The notes under the pieces were generated by a model that was not told where the DNA came from, ran no database searches, and was given only the letters and a program-made list of their open reading frames with translations. 64,000 nucleotides of DNA from the human T2T-CHM13v2.0 reference genome, Homo sapiens. Location: NCBI RefSeq assembly GCF_009914755.1, contig NC_060947.1, one strand, 5' to 3'. Each line of letters starts with the position of its first letter. Within the stretch, counting starts at the first letter, position 1. Positions 1-11,475 of this stretch are shown here, one piece after another. A program made the position numbers and the translations under genes.

Positions 1-839
1 TTGGGGTTGCTTTAGTTTATGGTCAGAGAAGGCATCTGAGGTAGGAACACTGGCACTTTTCTGGGGCGTCTTGGTCTCAGGTCAAGGACCTCTGTTGAGA
101 GTTGGCCTGTGACACCATATCATCACCACCTCATCCTTCTGCCTAAGGCAGGGGTAAGCTGCTCAGTGTAGTTCTGGGGATCTTTACGTGGAGGTTTAGT
201 GTGAAGGGCTGGAGAGAAGGGGGCTATGAACATGTGGCGCCTGCATAGGAAGGTTCTGGCATTAGTTGTCCTCTGGCAAAACCTATTGGTTGCTCTAGGT
301 TAAACGATGGTCAGTGGCCTTTCAGCTCCCCCTTCATCTTTCTGCACTCTCAGGGAGGAGGTGTCTGGCCGTGGGGTCCTCTCCACTGCTGATCTATACT
401 CAATGCCCTCATGCCCCATGCTCATTCATGACACCACCTTCACACATGCAAACACTGCCTCATCTTTCAAGATAGCTCAGACACCATCACCAGTCACACT
501 GGAGGGCCCTTATTCATTACCTGTTTGAGCATCTCCAGAGCATAGTATGGAATGGATACCTAATAGGTGCTTAATAAATGAAGGAATAAATGAGTGACTG
601 TTGTTCCTTCTGCTTCCTCAGCTGACTGGCTCATTCCCACTCATGCATCAAGACTCAGCTCACACATCATCTTACATGAGAAGCCTCCCTCAACCTCCTT
701 GTGTCTGACCTGGGGAGCTCTTGTTCATCCTTGATGTTCCCCTTGACTTCCTCAGCCAGAATTTGGCCCTCCCACCTCTGAATGCTCCACCACATTCTAT
801 TACCCTCTATCGTATCCATCGCTCTACAGGCACTGTCTG

Positions 840-982
840 CTACTGTCCTGTCACCTCCCCTAATCTCTGATTTTCTCAGGCAAGGACTGTGTTTTGGTCA
901 TCTCTATATCCCCAGCACTAGCCCCTAGAGGGCGCTCAATAAATATTTGTGAAATTAATGGGGAAAAAACCGTGAATGAATT
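840..982 (+). mobile_element. L2 (LINE-2) 3' end fragment
   Basis: Typical L2 tail: 'ggcaaggactgtgttttggtcatctctatatccccagcacta...gctcaataaatatttgtgaa...tgaatgaa'. Confidence 0.65.
919..937 (+). promoter_or_regulatory. Candidate CTCF-binding motif
   Basis: TAGCCCCTAGAGGGCGCTC vs CTCF consensus TGGCCACCAGGGGGCGCTA. Confidence 0.45.
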
Positions 983-1001
983 GTTTGTCAATTTTGCTTA
1001 G

Positions 1002-1776
1002 AGTGGTGTGCTGGGGCTGGCTTGTAGTGGTTTGCGAGAATCAATTGTTAAATATTTAGGAAACGTATGAGCCAGTTGTTAAATACAGCCATCATTAAAA
1101 ATTAAATTATATGAGAAAACAGAAGACAAACTGAAATTGAGAGACATTCTACAAAATAAATGACCAACTAAATACAATATGGGTCCTGGATTGGATCCTA
1201 GAATGGAAGAAAGACTTCAGTAGAAAAGCTGGTGAACTCCAAATAAGTTTGTACTTTAGTTAATGTTGTACTAAGTTTAATTTCTCAGTTTTGATCAATG
1301 TTTTATAATTATGTAAGATGTCAACATAAGGGGAAGCTGGGTAAAGGGTACACAGAAACTCTCTGTACTGTTTTTACAACTCTTCTATAAGTCTAAAATT
1401 ATTTCAACATTTAAAAAAAAATTGTCAAGTTCCAATACTTCTTGGTTGTTTCACTTTCTTCTTACTCATTAACATAAATGAAAATATCAACCATCATTCA
1501 TTTAGGAACTGCACTTGCTCTTCTGTTATGGCCGAAGTTTGGCTATTGATATGTGTTCAGCAAAAATCAATGAAAGCATTATGGGAGAATCCATTGGTTA
1601 TATGGAATTTATAATAAAGAGTATTATATATTTCAGTATTATCTGTAAATTGAGCACTTCACATTCTTATATAAGTAAATTTATAATAAACCTATGTATG
1701 TATGTGTATATTTATATATACGTTTGTGCATTTTTTTTGAGAGCTGGTTGCTGAACACTTACCAGAACACCACCGG
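1002..1776. mobile_element. MER63-family hAT DNA transposon, interrupted by an L1M fragment
   Basis: Inverted termini 'agtggtgtgctgg' (~1003) and 'ccagaacaccaccgg' (~1775); internal 'tgagccagttgttaaa' typical of MER63. Confidence 0.7.
1115..1420 (+). mobile_element. Old L1 (L1ME/L1MD-type) 3' end
   Basis: 'atgtaagatgtcaacataaggggaagctgggtaaagggtacacagaaactctctgtactgtttttacaactcttctataagtctaaaatt' followed by an A-tail. Confidence 0.8.
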
Positions 1777-1829
1777 TCCTACATATGAATTATGATCTCA
1801 TCAAACACATTGAAGGAAAGAAAAGAACA

Positions 1830-2042
1830 TTGCCCAGCACCTTCTCTGTGCGAGGCTGTACTATCCCTTTGTGTTCATCATTACAGGTGCTCTTTACCTC
1901 AACTCTATGAAGTGAGGGTATTGTGGTCTCCATTTTACAGATAAGGATATTAAGGCTAAGAGAGGTTAAATGACTAGACTAAGGTCAAGTATTGGTATAC
2001 AGTGAGCCAGCATTAAACTACATTCATCTGAGTCCAAAGCCA
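1830..2042 (-). mobile_element. MIR SINE
   Basis: MIR core 'cattttacagataaggatattaaggctaagagaggttaaatgact'. Confidence 0.7.
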
Positions 2043-2044
2043 AT

Positions 2045-2573
2045 TGTATTAGTATCATATTGCTGCTGTAACACATTACCGCAAATTCAGTGGCTTAAAA
2101 CAACACAAATTTATTATCTTACAGTTCTGGAGGGCAGACGTCTGAGATTGGTCTCACTGGACTAAAATCAAGATGCTAGCAGGGCTGCATTCCTTCTTAG
2201 GACTCTACGGGACAATCCTTTTCCTTGCCTTTTCCAGCGTGTAGTGGCTGCCTGCATTCCTTGACTTCAAAACCAAAAGTGGCCATTCGAGTCTTTCTCA
2301 CATCCCATCACCCTGATTCTGCTTCTATACATCTCCTTCTCTGACTCTGACTCTCCAGCCTCCCGCTTTCACTTTATAAAAACCCTCATGATTACATTGA
2401 GCCCACCCAGATGAGATGGGCAGCTTCTCCCCATTTCAGTCAATGTCAGCTGATAAGTAACTTTAACTCCACCTGCAAACCTTAGTTCCCCTTGTTATGT
2501 AACTGAACACATTCACAGGTTCCAGAGGTTAGGATGTGGACATCGTTGTGGGGGCTATAATCCTGTCTATCAC
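2045..2573 (-). mobile_element. MLT1 (MLT1D-like) MaLR solo LTR
   Basis: 'tgtattag...tgctgctgtaacacattaccgcaaattcagtggcttaaaacaacacaaatttattatcttacagttctggagg' through 'cacattcacaggttccagaggttaggatgtggacatc'. Confidence 0.85.
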
Positions 2574-3547
2574 CCTTGTGCTTTTTCCATGACCTTCTCC
2601 TGCCTCACCTGTCATTTTAGTGGTCACAAAATCTGATGTGGGGCCTATGGAATTCTTCCTGACACCTGCATTGCCACACATCTCTGTGCTCTCCCTTTGG
2701 AGTAAGATGCCCCTTTCAGTCATTCACCCAGCCAGTCAGACAGCCTTGTAGGGGAATGGCTTCTAAATCCTGGGGCTTTTAATCGTGGACATATATTTTA
2801 CCTATGTTCTTACTAAAGTGTTTTAAAAAAATACTTTCCAAGATTTTTGTGCATTCCTGGCTTTTTACTTCCTTTCCACAGTGCTTATATGGTGCCAGAG
2901 CCCTCCTTTCCAACATGGCTGGTTTCGCTGTGCTACGGTTTACCCATTCCCACCTTCTGGACCTGTTTCTAGTCAGCAGCTAGGATCATGCATTATTTAT
3001 TTGTTCTTCTCATAGACTTTTACATTGCCTTCTTCTGGAAATGGCCCTGGACTTAACTAAAATGTACTTTTCCCACCCCTGCCAATGAGGTATATGTCTG
3101 TCTGTGTTTACTATTTCTCTCTGACTGGCTTCTCAGAAACAGACTCTCTAAGTAACAGTTTCCCATCTTCCCTTGTTTCCTCCACACTGAGATCCCTAAT
3201 TCTTGTCACGAGAAACCTCCTCCACTGAGACCAACCGAATGGCCAGAAGTTGCCCCTCCCCCCAGGAAGCCTTAACAGCCAGACCCATCTCTTCACCGCT
3301 TGTGAGCTCTGACTACAACATTCTTGTCTCTACCTTCAGTCTTGTCAACAGCTCTTTGCTCCTCCTTTCTACCTGTCAGACTTACACCCATACTTTGGGG
3401 CCCAGTCTGAATCCTACCTTAAGGTAGGCTCACCTTGAGGAAAACTTTCCAGATCATCCCAGCCCAAGGGACTCATGTCCTCTGTATGTGTCTAGGACTT
3501 ATTGTCAGCAGCACTTATTTTGACAAATTTATCATCTACCATTATGG

Positions 3548-3910
3548 AGAGGTTGCAAACTGTTGGCTGGTGAGCCAAATAATAATGCCCACAGGTGTAT
3601 TTTGTTTAGTCTGCATGTGGTTTGTTTCTTTTTAAACTATGTGCTAACATGTAGCAATTAGTAATCTTTCCATACAATCTGGATTTCTAGCTTCTTTGAA
3701 AAACAGAAAAATCTGGTAATACTGGATCTGTATGCCCCCAAGACAGTAGTTAGCTAGATTGGCATGGCCGGGTGGCAGCTTCCACTTTAGATGGAGTATG
3801 TGCTCTCCAGCTAGACACAGTCCCCACTACTCCGTATTGTCTCACTCCAACCTCATTCACTCATTTATAGTACCTTCCTGGCTCCTAAAGGCATTTGAGT
3901 TATCTGACAT
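3548..3910 (+). mobile_element. MER102 hAT-Charlie DNA transposon
   Basis: 'ggttgcaaact...atctggatttctagcttctttgaaaaacagaaaaatctgg...ctggctcctaaaggcatttgagtt' matches recalled MER102 consensus. Confidence 0.75.
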
Positions 3911-5260
3911 ATTTCACACCTGCCTAAGTTTCCAGCTATATTACAGTCTCTTAGAGGAAAGAAACTTTATTTTGAATTTATTTTGCTTCTTTTATGCTGC
4001 TGTGGACATAGTAGATGCTTGATCAATATTGAGAGAAGAAATAATTTTACTCTAGATAATTCTACAGTGTGTTAGAATTTACTTTTGCTGCAAGATAAAG
4101 CTTTATAAATGTAACATCTATTAAGAGAGTACCATGTACCCGACTCAGTGTCAGATGCCTCGGAGCAACTTTGTGATTAGTGATATTGTTCTCATATCAC
4201 AGATAAGGAAACCGAGGCTCAGAGAGCCTATCCAGTAGGACTGGAGCTGTAGATCTGGTAGTCTCTGTGGTAAGAACCAAAGCCTTTGTTCCATGAGGAA
4301 ACCTTCCTAAGTATCAATGCTGGAAGCAGAGAGGAGCTTCCCCTGAGGCTCTCTGGTAAAGTTTGTTTACAAACTCACAAACTCTGAGACTTAATTTGGT
4401 TTGGATAGAGATTGAGCATTTATTAAATGCTTATTGTGTGCTGGGTATTTACCAAATAACTGCACTTATTTTTGGACTATCAGGAATTCTGAGCATCCTA
4501 GGTAGCCCACTGATAAGATGAGGGAAATACACATAAATAGACCCTAATTGCTGATGGGATTTGGAACCCATTTGGTGAGTCACATTCAATTGACAGAGTG
4601 CCCACTGGTTCCCTTGTCCATATGCGCACAGAGATTGTGCTATTCCCTCATGCTGTCACTGGTGGTACTGACGTGTGGTGCGGGATGGGAAAACATGGAG
4701 AAATTATGCGTGTTTAATTGCACAGCAGCAAGCAGAAAGGAATGTGAGTGCCAAAGACTCCCACTGAAGCAGAAATCTGGTGTCGTGTGTTGCTGAACAG
4801 CTGCAGGAAAATTTGTCTGGACCTTTGGAGGCAGAGAGGTGGGTTTGCCATACTTTGGTTCTGAGTAACTTTGAGGGCAACGAGGATTTATAGGCAGCAG
4901 ATATGTACATCTAGAAGTTTCACTCTGGAGCTTTCACCTGGTTTCTTTGCTACCCTATCCCTTCCAGCCACCACCAGTTCAAGCCATGGCTAGGAGCAGA
5001 GGGAGATAGGAAGGCCTCAGCCCCAGGGCCACTAGGTTACTCCAGGTTTCATGTGTCCACAGCCCTGCTTAGGGCCACCAAAATGCTCAGGTTCAGCTGG
5101 GTGGGCTAAACCACCTAGAACTGGGTTCAACTCTCTCCTCTATTCCTACAAGTATGGCCTTATGCAAGTCACTTAATCTCTTCAGGCCCAAGTTTACTTC
5201 TATGTGTGAGGAGTCAGAAGGTGATGTTGCGTGGGGCCTGGCCCATATCTTAAGAGATGG

Positions 5261-5299
5261 ATCTATGTCCATAACACCCTGAATGCTCCCAATCTCATC
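5261..5299 (+). pseudogene. 3'-truncated (tailless) 5S rRNA retropseudogene fragment
   Basis: atctatgtccataacaccctgaatgctcccaatctcatc matches 5S rRNA nt 1-39 (GTCTACGGCCATACCACCCTGAACGCGCCCGATCTCGTC) at 31/39; flanked by direct repeat AAGAGATGG (5252-5260 and 5300-5308). Confidence 0.85.
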
Positions 5300-5349
5300 A
5301 AGAGATGGGATCTGTAAGCTCTATAATGATTCAGTTGAACAATAAACTA

Positions 5350-5725
5350 TCATAGTCGTTACTCTGTATTGCGGGCCTGACAGACCCTATGCTAAGCCAT
5401 TCATCATCTCTTTAATCCTTAAAGGAAAGATTAAAAAAATCTTGAGTTAGGAGAGGAAGAGTGACTCATGGAAGGTCACCCAGCTAGTAAATAACAGAAC
5501 CATCATGAGCTCCAAGCAGAGCCACTCTAGAGCCAACGCTTCTAACCACACCACCTGCCTGGCATTAGTTCCACTTCACACATGAGGAAACTGAGGTTTA
5601 GGAGGCATTATTATCAGGGGCAGGACTTGGGTTTGCAACTTCTGTCTCTTTTGTTTAACTTGCTGTGTCACTTTGGACAAGTTGCTCAACCTCTCTGAGC
5701 TTTGGTTTCCTGATTTGGAAAATGT
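5350..5725. mobile_element. Cluster of MIR fragments in both orientations
   Basis: 'gaaggtcacccagctagtaaataacagaacc', 'atgaggaaactgagg', 'ctgtgtcactttggacaagttgctcaacctctctgagctttggtttcctgatttggaaaatg'. Confidence 0.65.
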
Positions 5726-6745
5726 CAGAGTCCAAAGCCTCTGGCAGCAGTGAGAAGCAGTATCCTGTGGGAGATGGTGGAGGGGAGGGGCTAGGAATGT
5801 CCCGGAGACAGAGAATGAGAAGACATGGGTGTGACTGTGGCATTATGAAGTGGAGGCAGATCTGGAACGGAGACTTGCCAGAGTGAATGTGCCTGGCTCG
5901 CACTGCCTATTTAGCAGCCGTCCTGTGAGAGCCCAGATGGGCCAGGTGGGCAGGAATCTGGCCAGGCTCCACAGGCACACCCACACCGTGAGCTGCTGTT
6001 GCCACCTAGGGGACAGGCAGTGACCAGGGGCCCAAGTTTGGCTGTGGCTGTGGCTCAGCGGCTGCACATTCCCAGTCTCCTGCTGGTTTCCGGAGCGGAG
6101 AGGGATGGCCACGGCTTGCTCCAGGAGTGGGGAGGGGAGTAAGGAAAAGCAGTGAGGAGTGCTGCCTCTGGTTTGGGAGTTATAAATAAATCCATCTGGA
6201 AGTGTTTGGGGCTGTGGGAGCCTGAGGTCGGCCCTGCAATTCAGGCCATGTGGTGCATATTTCCATTCACACCAGAACCACCCCCGCAGCCCCCTACCGC
6301 CCCGCCCCAGTCCCAGGGGACTGTCTGCTAGGACCTGTCCGCTCCGGCCCAGGAGAGCTGGGCGAGAACCTTTCAGGCCCCAGTTTTCAGCCCCCACCCC
6401 CACCTTCCGCTCCTGGCAGCCCAACTTCAGCAAGATAATGTCTGAGAAAGTGCTTCAAAAAGTTTTATGTGCTATCCAAGTGTTGGTTGAATGAATGAAT
6501 GAATTTTCAATTCAGCATTTAGCTTGTAAGCTCCCCTTGCTGGGAAGGGGCCCCTTGGTAGTTATGGAAGGCGAGGCATTCTGGACTTTTAGCCTCCATC
6601 TCAGGATCACGTTTCCCACCCACCGAGCTAAGGCAGGCTGAGATACAAATGCATATTGCCCAAGTTTTGTTCATCTTTCTATCCTCAGCACCAAGGGTAG
6701 CGCTCAGTAGGCATTGGTTATATGAATGAATGAGTATCTATATTA

Positions 6746-6885
<140 letters not shown>

Positions 6886-6999
6886 AATTTGTTAATTTAA
6901 GCAGCACTTATTGCACATCTTCATGTGCAGTGCACTCTGCTGCATGCTGAGATCACAGTGGAGAACAACATAGAGTCCCTGCCTCATTGAGCTAGTGGT

Positions 7000-7214
7000 C
7001 ACTGTGTTTCTTGGTGAAAGTACTATTGTTGCTTGGGGTGAGTCAATTCTTTGCAGGGTGGGATTCTGTGCATTGCAGGATGTTTAACCTCATGATTCCC
7101 TGACTCTAAAGGCCAGTAGTTCCCCGGAGTCATTTTGAACAACCAGAGATGCCTCTAGACATTTCCAAATACTTCCAGGGGACAGGAGAGTGCAGCCCTG
7201 GTTGAGGGCCACTG
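7000..7214. mobile_element. MER20-family hAT DNA transposon
   Basis: 'attctttgcagggtgggattctgtgcattgcaggatgtttaac...tctagacatttccaaat...ccctggttgagggccactg'. Confidence 0.7.
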
Positions 7215-8075
7215 TGGAGGAACTTGACAATGGGGCGTGAAGCAAGGCAACCTCCAAGGTGTGAATGTGTTGAGTCCTCTGAGTTCACTTATAAATTGGT
7301 GGTTTAGAACTGGGGAATCACGTTTGCTTTATAGAGATGTAAGATGATTCATCAGTGGCTGGATTAGGCCCAGAAGCCCATAATGTAGCTGAGTTACATG
7401 GTTCTACCAGACTGGGTTAGTGCTGAGGGGCAGGCATCGAGATGGCAATTTCGGACATGTTGATGAGATGATTACTTGAAAATGTCCAGAAAGTAACTAG
7501 AATCTGATCCCAGGGGCAAGTGAGAGGTCAGCTCTCAAGATATAAATTTGGGATAAGCCCACGTTGAGGTAGGAGTTAGACCTGAGGCCCAGGTTCCATT
7601 AAGGTTATCCAGGGAGAAGGTGTTGGGAAAGTTGCAGAATGACTCCAGGATAAGTCCAGAGGTAGAGAAAGTAGGCCCCAGTGGTATCTCTTCTCTGCCT
7701 CCTCATTTCTGTTCCCATGGTTAGCACCCTGTTTCAGGACTTCAATTTGTGACAGGACCACTGCAGCAATCTCCTTACTGGCCTCCTTTCTGCTTTTGGT
7801 CTCTCTGCCTGTCCGAATTTTCTTTTTAAAACATGGCTTTCATCATGTCCCTTCCCAACATTCAACAAGTCCAAACTGCTTAGCCTTGCATTCTCACCCA
7901 CTGCGATCCAGCTTCCCACCAACCTGACACATCTTTGGTGAGTTGGCTCCGCGTTCCCCTTTCCAGGTTCATGGTTTATCCGTCTCTCAGACCTTACTGT
8001 GTGGCTACACAGAACCCCAAATACACACTGCCTTCCTCTCCTCCATGCTATCTCCACCCCTGGGATGCTCTTTGA

Positions 8076-8462
<387 letters not shown>

Positions 8463-9189
8463 ATCCAGTTTTTCGTATACACCATGGGACTGCAAGTCTC
8501 TCCCACAAGACTCTGAGGGCAGTGACCATGACTCGTTTTGCTCTGCAATTCCATTGCCCAGCCCAGTGTGAATGGACAAGAAAGTGGGGCTGAGGATGGG
8601 CTGGTATGGCAGGGCAAAGAGGAAGTGGAATGGTCTCTTTCAAACCTCACCATGGATCTACTTGAGCCACTTTTACCTGCTCTCTCCCTACAAGTACTGT
8701 CTTTGGATGAGGGTTTGTGGAAGAGCTAGGAAAGAGAAGGAGCCAAGGCAAGGGACAGGCAGAGGGAGCAGCGTGGAGAAGAGAGGAGATGCTGAGAGGA
8801 TGAAAGAGAAAGAAAGTGGGGGAGAGCAAACGTCTGCATTGGTGGTTCACATACATAAAGGATTCAGGTATGGTAGAGTGGAATAAGAAAACATTTGGGA
8901 TTCTGAAAATAAAATCAGCTGCTTTGGCAGGTCAGCTGAATGTACAGTTAATTAATAGGCATTAGTGCCCTTTGGTGCTAAGCTGTGCATGGAACCATGT
9001 CCTGCTGGGATCAAATGGCAGCTACCCGGGGATGCCCTTTTAATAAAGAGCAGAAAGCAGCACTGCCATGTAAGAGCTGCAGAATCCCTCAGAGAGTTCT
9101 TCTTAAGGGCACCAGGGACCACTGGAACCCCAGAGTTGCCCCACATCACTGGCCTGGCTCTTGCCAAAGAAAGGTGGGCATGAGAAGAG

Positions 9190-9380
9190 AACTAACACAT
9201 ACTGAGCAGCTAGTATCCCAGGGGCTATGCCAGACACACAAAAGCTCATTTGATCTTTACTGCAACTCTGTGAGGTAGCAATTAGCCCTGTTTTACAGAT
9301 TAGAAAATCAAGGTCCTAAGGAGGGTTAAGAATCTTGCCCAAGGGCACACCGCTTGAAAGTCTTGGATCCCAGATTCCAA
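9190..9380 (-). mobile_element. MIR SINE
   Basis: 'ctcatttgatctttactgcaactctgtgaggtag...ttttacagattagaaaatcaagg...ggttaagaatcttgcccaagggcacac'. Confidence 0.7.
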
Positions 9381-10384
9381 TGAAGGTCATCCTCTCCCCT
9401 TGATGAGCGGGCCAGGACCCAGAGGTTGGCAGCAGTTTGCTCTCCATTCTGGCTGACTTTGGCTGTGGGGCTGATCTCTTTGGATTGATTTCTTTGAACA
9501 TAAACAAAATACCATCAGTTTTTCCTGGCTTTGGAATGAGCCCTCAGAATCATGTGCTTTTCTCCAGTTTCCAGCTGGGTGCCTTTGCTGGGGGAGTTCG
9601 TGAATATGAAGCAACAGGTCTCATTCTGAGAATCAACACTGTGCACCAAAAAATACCAGGGTACTTTTGCTCCCAGGAGGTATTTCAAGCTGGAGGCTTT
9701 CAGCCTATGGGGCCAAGTTTTCCATTTTTTCTTCCCTTTCAATGACCTGCATATGATTGACAGTTGCCTGTTTTCCCAGGAAAATTATAAAATCTTTATC
9801 AAAATATTGGCACCTTTGAGTTGTTGCCCACACTCTGTTCTGACTGACTGTGTGACCCACGTCCCTATCTGCTCAGTGGTTGGACGTGTTCTGTCTGCTG
9901 TCAACCTGTGAGTCGGTGAGTAGAGGACAGGAGGTATGGACAGGACAGGCTGCGGACAGTGTTTTCCAAAATTCTGATGTGACATGTTTAAGCCAATTCG
10001 TGGAGGAGCCAATGGAGGTAGAGTGGCTGGAGCCAATAAGGGGTTTAGAGCAGGGGACAAAATGGCACCCAGCACCACCCCATGGAGATGCGGCTTTGGG
10101 GTGGGGTAAGTTGGCTAGAAAACCGATGATGATCGTTTTCTGGAGTTGTTCTGGAGTCAGGAACAGTCTAGAAACCCTTTGAATTGAACCTTGGCACAGA
10201 GTTGTATGTCCCACACATGTGATAGGGTATTAGGATTATCATGCTGCATGCAAGACCTTCTGAAATCTTGCTGCATAACAGAACTTTCAGTCATACATAA
10301 TGACATGCTGAGGAATAAGTTGCTCGTCTTGAGTTTGGCCTTTTGCCCTGGTCATTGTAGTGGAACAGGATTTTTCTTCACCAC

Positions 10385-11475
10385 CTTCAAAATCGATTCA
10401 GAATCTGGCTACTTCCTGCCACCTCCACTGCTATCACCCTAGTCCATGCCACCATCGTCTCTGGCCTGGATTATTTTAGTATCCCTGTCACCAGTCTCCC
10501 AAAGTGATGCTGTGAAAACATAGTGTGAGCATGTCAGTATCTGCTCAACATCCTCCACTTGCTCCCCATCTCACTCAGATTCAAAGCCAAAATCTTTATA
10601 GTAGTCCACAAGGTCCTGCATAATCTGGTCCCCCTTACCTCCTTGACATGATCTCCTACAAATCCCATCGTCTGCCTCTCCATTCCAGCCACACTAGCCT
10701 CCTGATCATTCTTTAAGTTTTCCAGGTACATTGTATTTGCTTTTCCTTCTGCCTGGAATGCTTTTCCCCAGTATATCAGGAAGGATCCCTGGAGGGAGTG
10801 CTCACAGGAACTGGGAAACGGTTGCTGTGTGGAGAGAACCACCTGACGGGAGCTATGGCCTTTGGCAGAGGGATGCCGCCAACTCATGGTGACCCTGAAC
10901 AGAGAGAGTGGATGACTAAATACCCCAATCTCACTTTTCCTTTTTCTTCTGGTTTCTTTGCAGGTGCTTCCCATTGGTCAAACCTAACCCGAAGCCAGAG
11001 GGCAAGGGAGCCTGTTGATGCCATCCACACAGGTCAGCCTACCAGGGTACAAGCTGTGTGGAGAAGGGTGGAAAAGATGTGGACAGACAAATGGAAAATG
11101 TCCAGAACAACTGGATATCTTTGTAGTTGGCTCCCTCACTTCCTTCACATCTCCACTGGAATGTTTGTTACCTTTTCAGTATGTTTCAGTTTGTTACCTT
11201 CTCAGTTTGTTACCTTCTCTGGCCACCATTTCTAAAATTTCAAGCCCCAGCCCTCAACACCTCATATCCTCCATCCATGCTGTTTGTTCTTCCTAGCACT
11301 TAATACTATCTGACATGTACTTTATTTATTTCCCTTGCCTATCGTTGGCTCTCCCACTAGAATGAGAGCTCCATGAGGGCAGGGACTTTGTTCTGTTCAC
11401 TGCTATAGTCAGTGCCTAGGACAGGACCTGGCACAGAGTAGGTGTCCAATAAATTGTGAATGGATAAATGATTCA
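10385..11475 (+). mobile_element. L2a 3' portion, split by an LTR33 insertion
   Basis: 'cacctccactgctatcaccctagtccatgccaccatcgtctctggcctggatt' ... 'ctcccactagaatgagagctccatgagggcagggactttg...cctggcacagagtaggtgtccaataaattgtgaatggat'. Confidence 0.8.
10778..11110. mobile_element. LTR33 (ERVL) solo LTR fragment
   Basis: 'gcaggtgcttcccattggtcaaacctaacccgaagccagagggcaagggagcctgttgatgccatccacacaggtcagcct' matches recalled LTR33. Confidence 0.7.

Noticed and set aside
5843-6433. 196-aa ORF on the - strand, the longest in the track
   Set aside because: Non-ATG start, no recognisable domain; expected by chance in GC-rich sequence.
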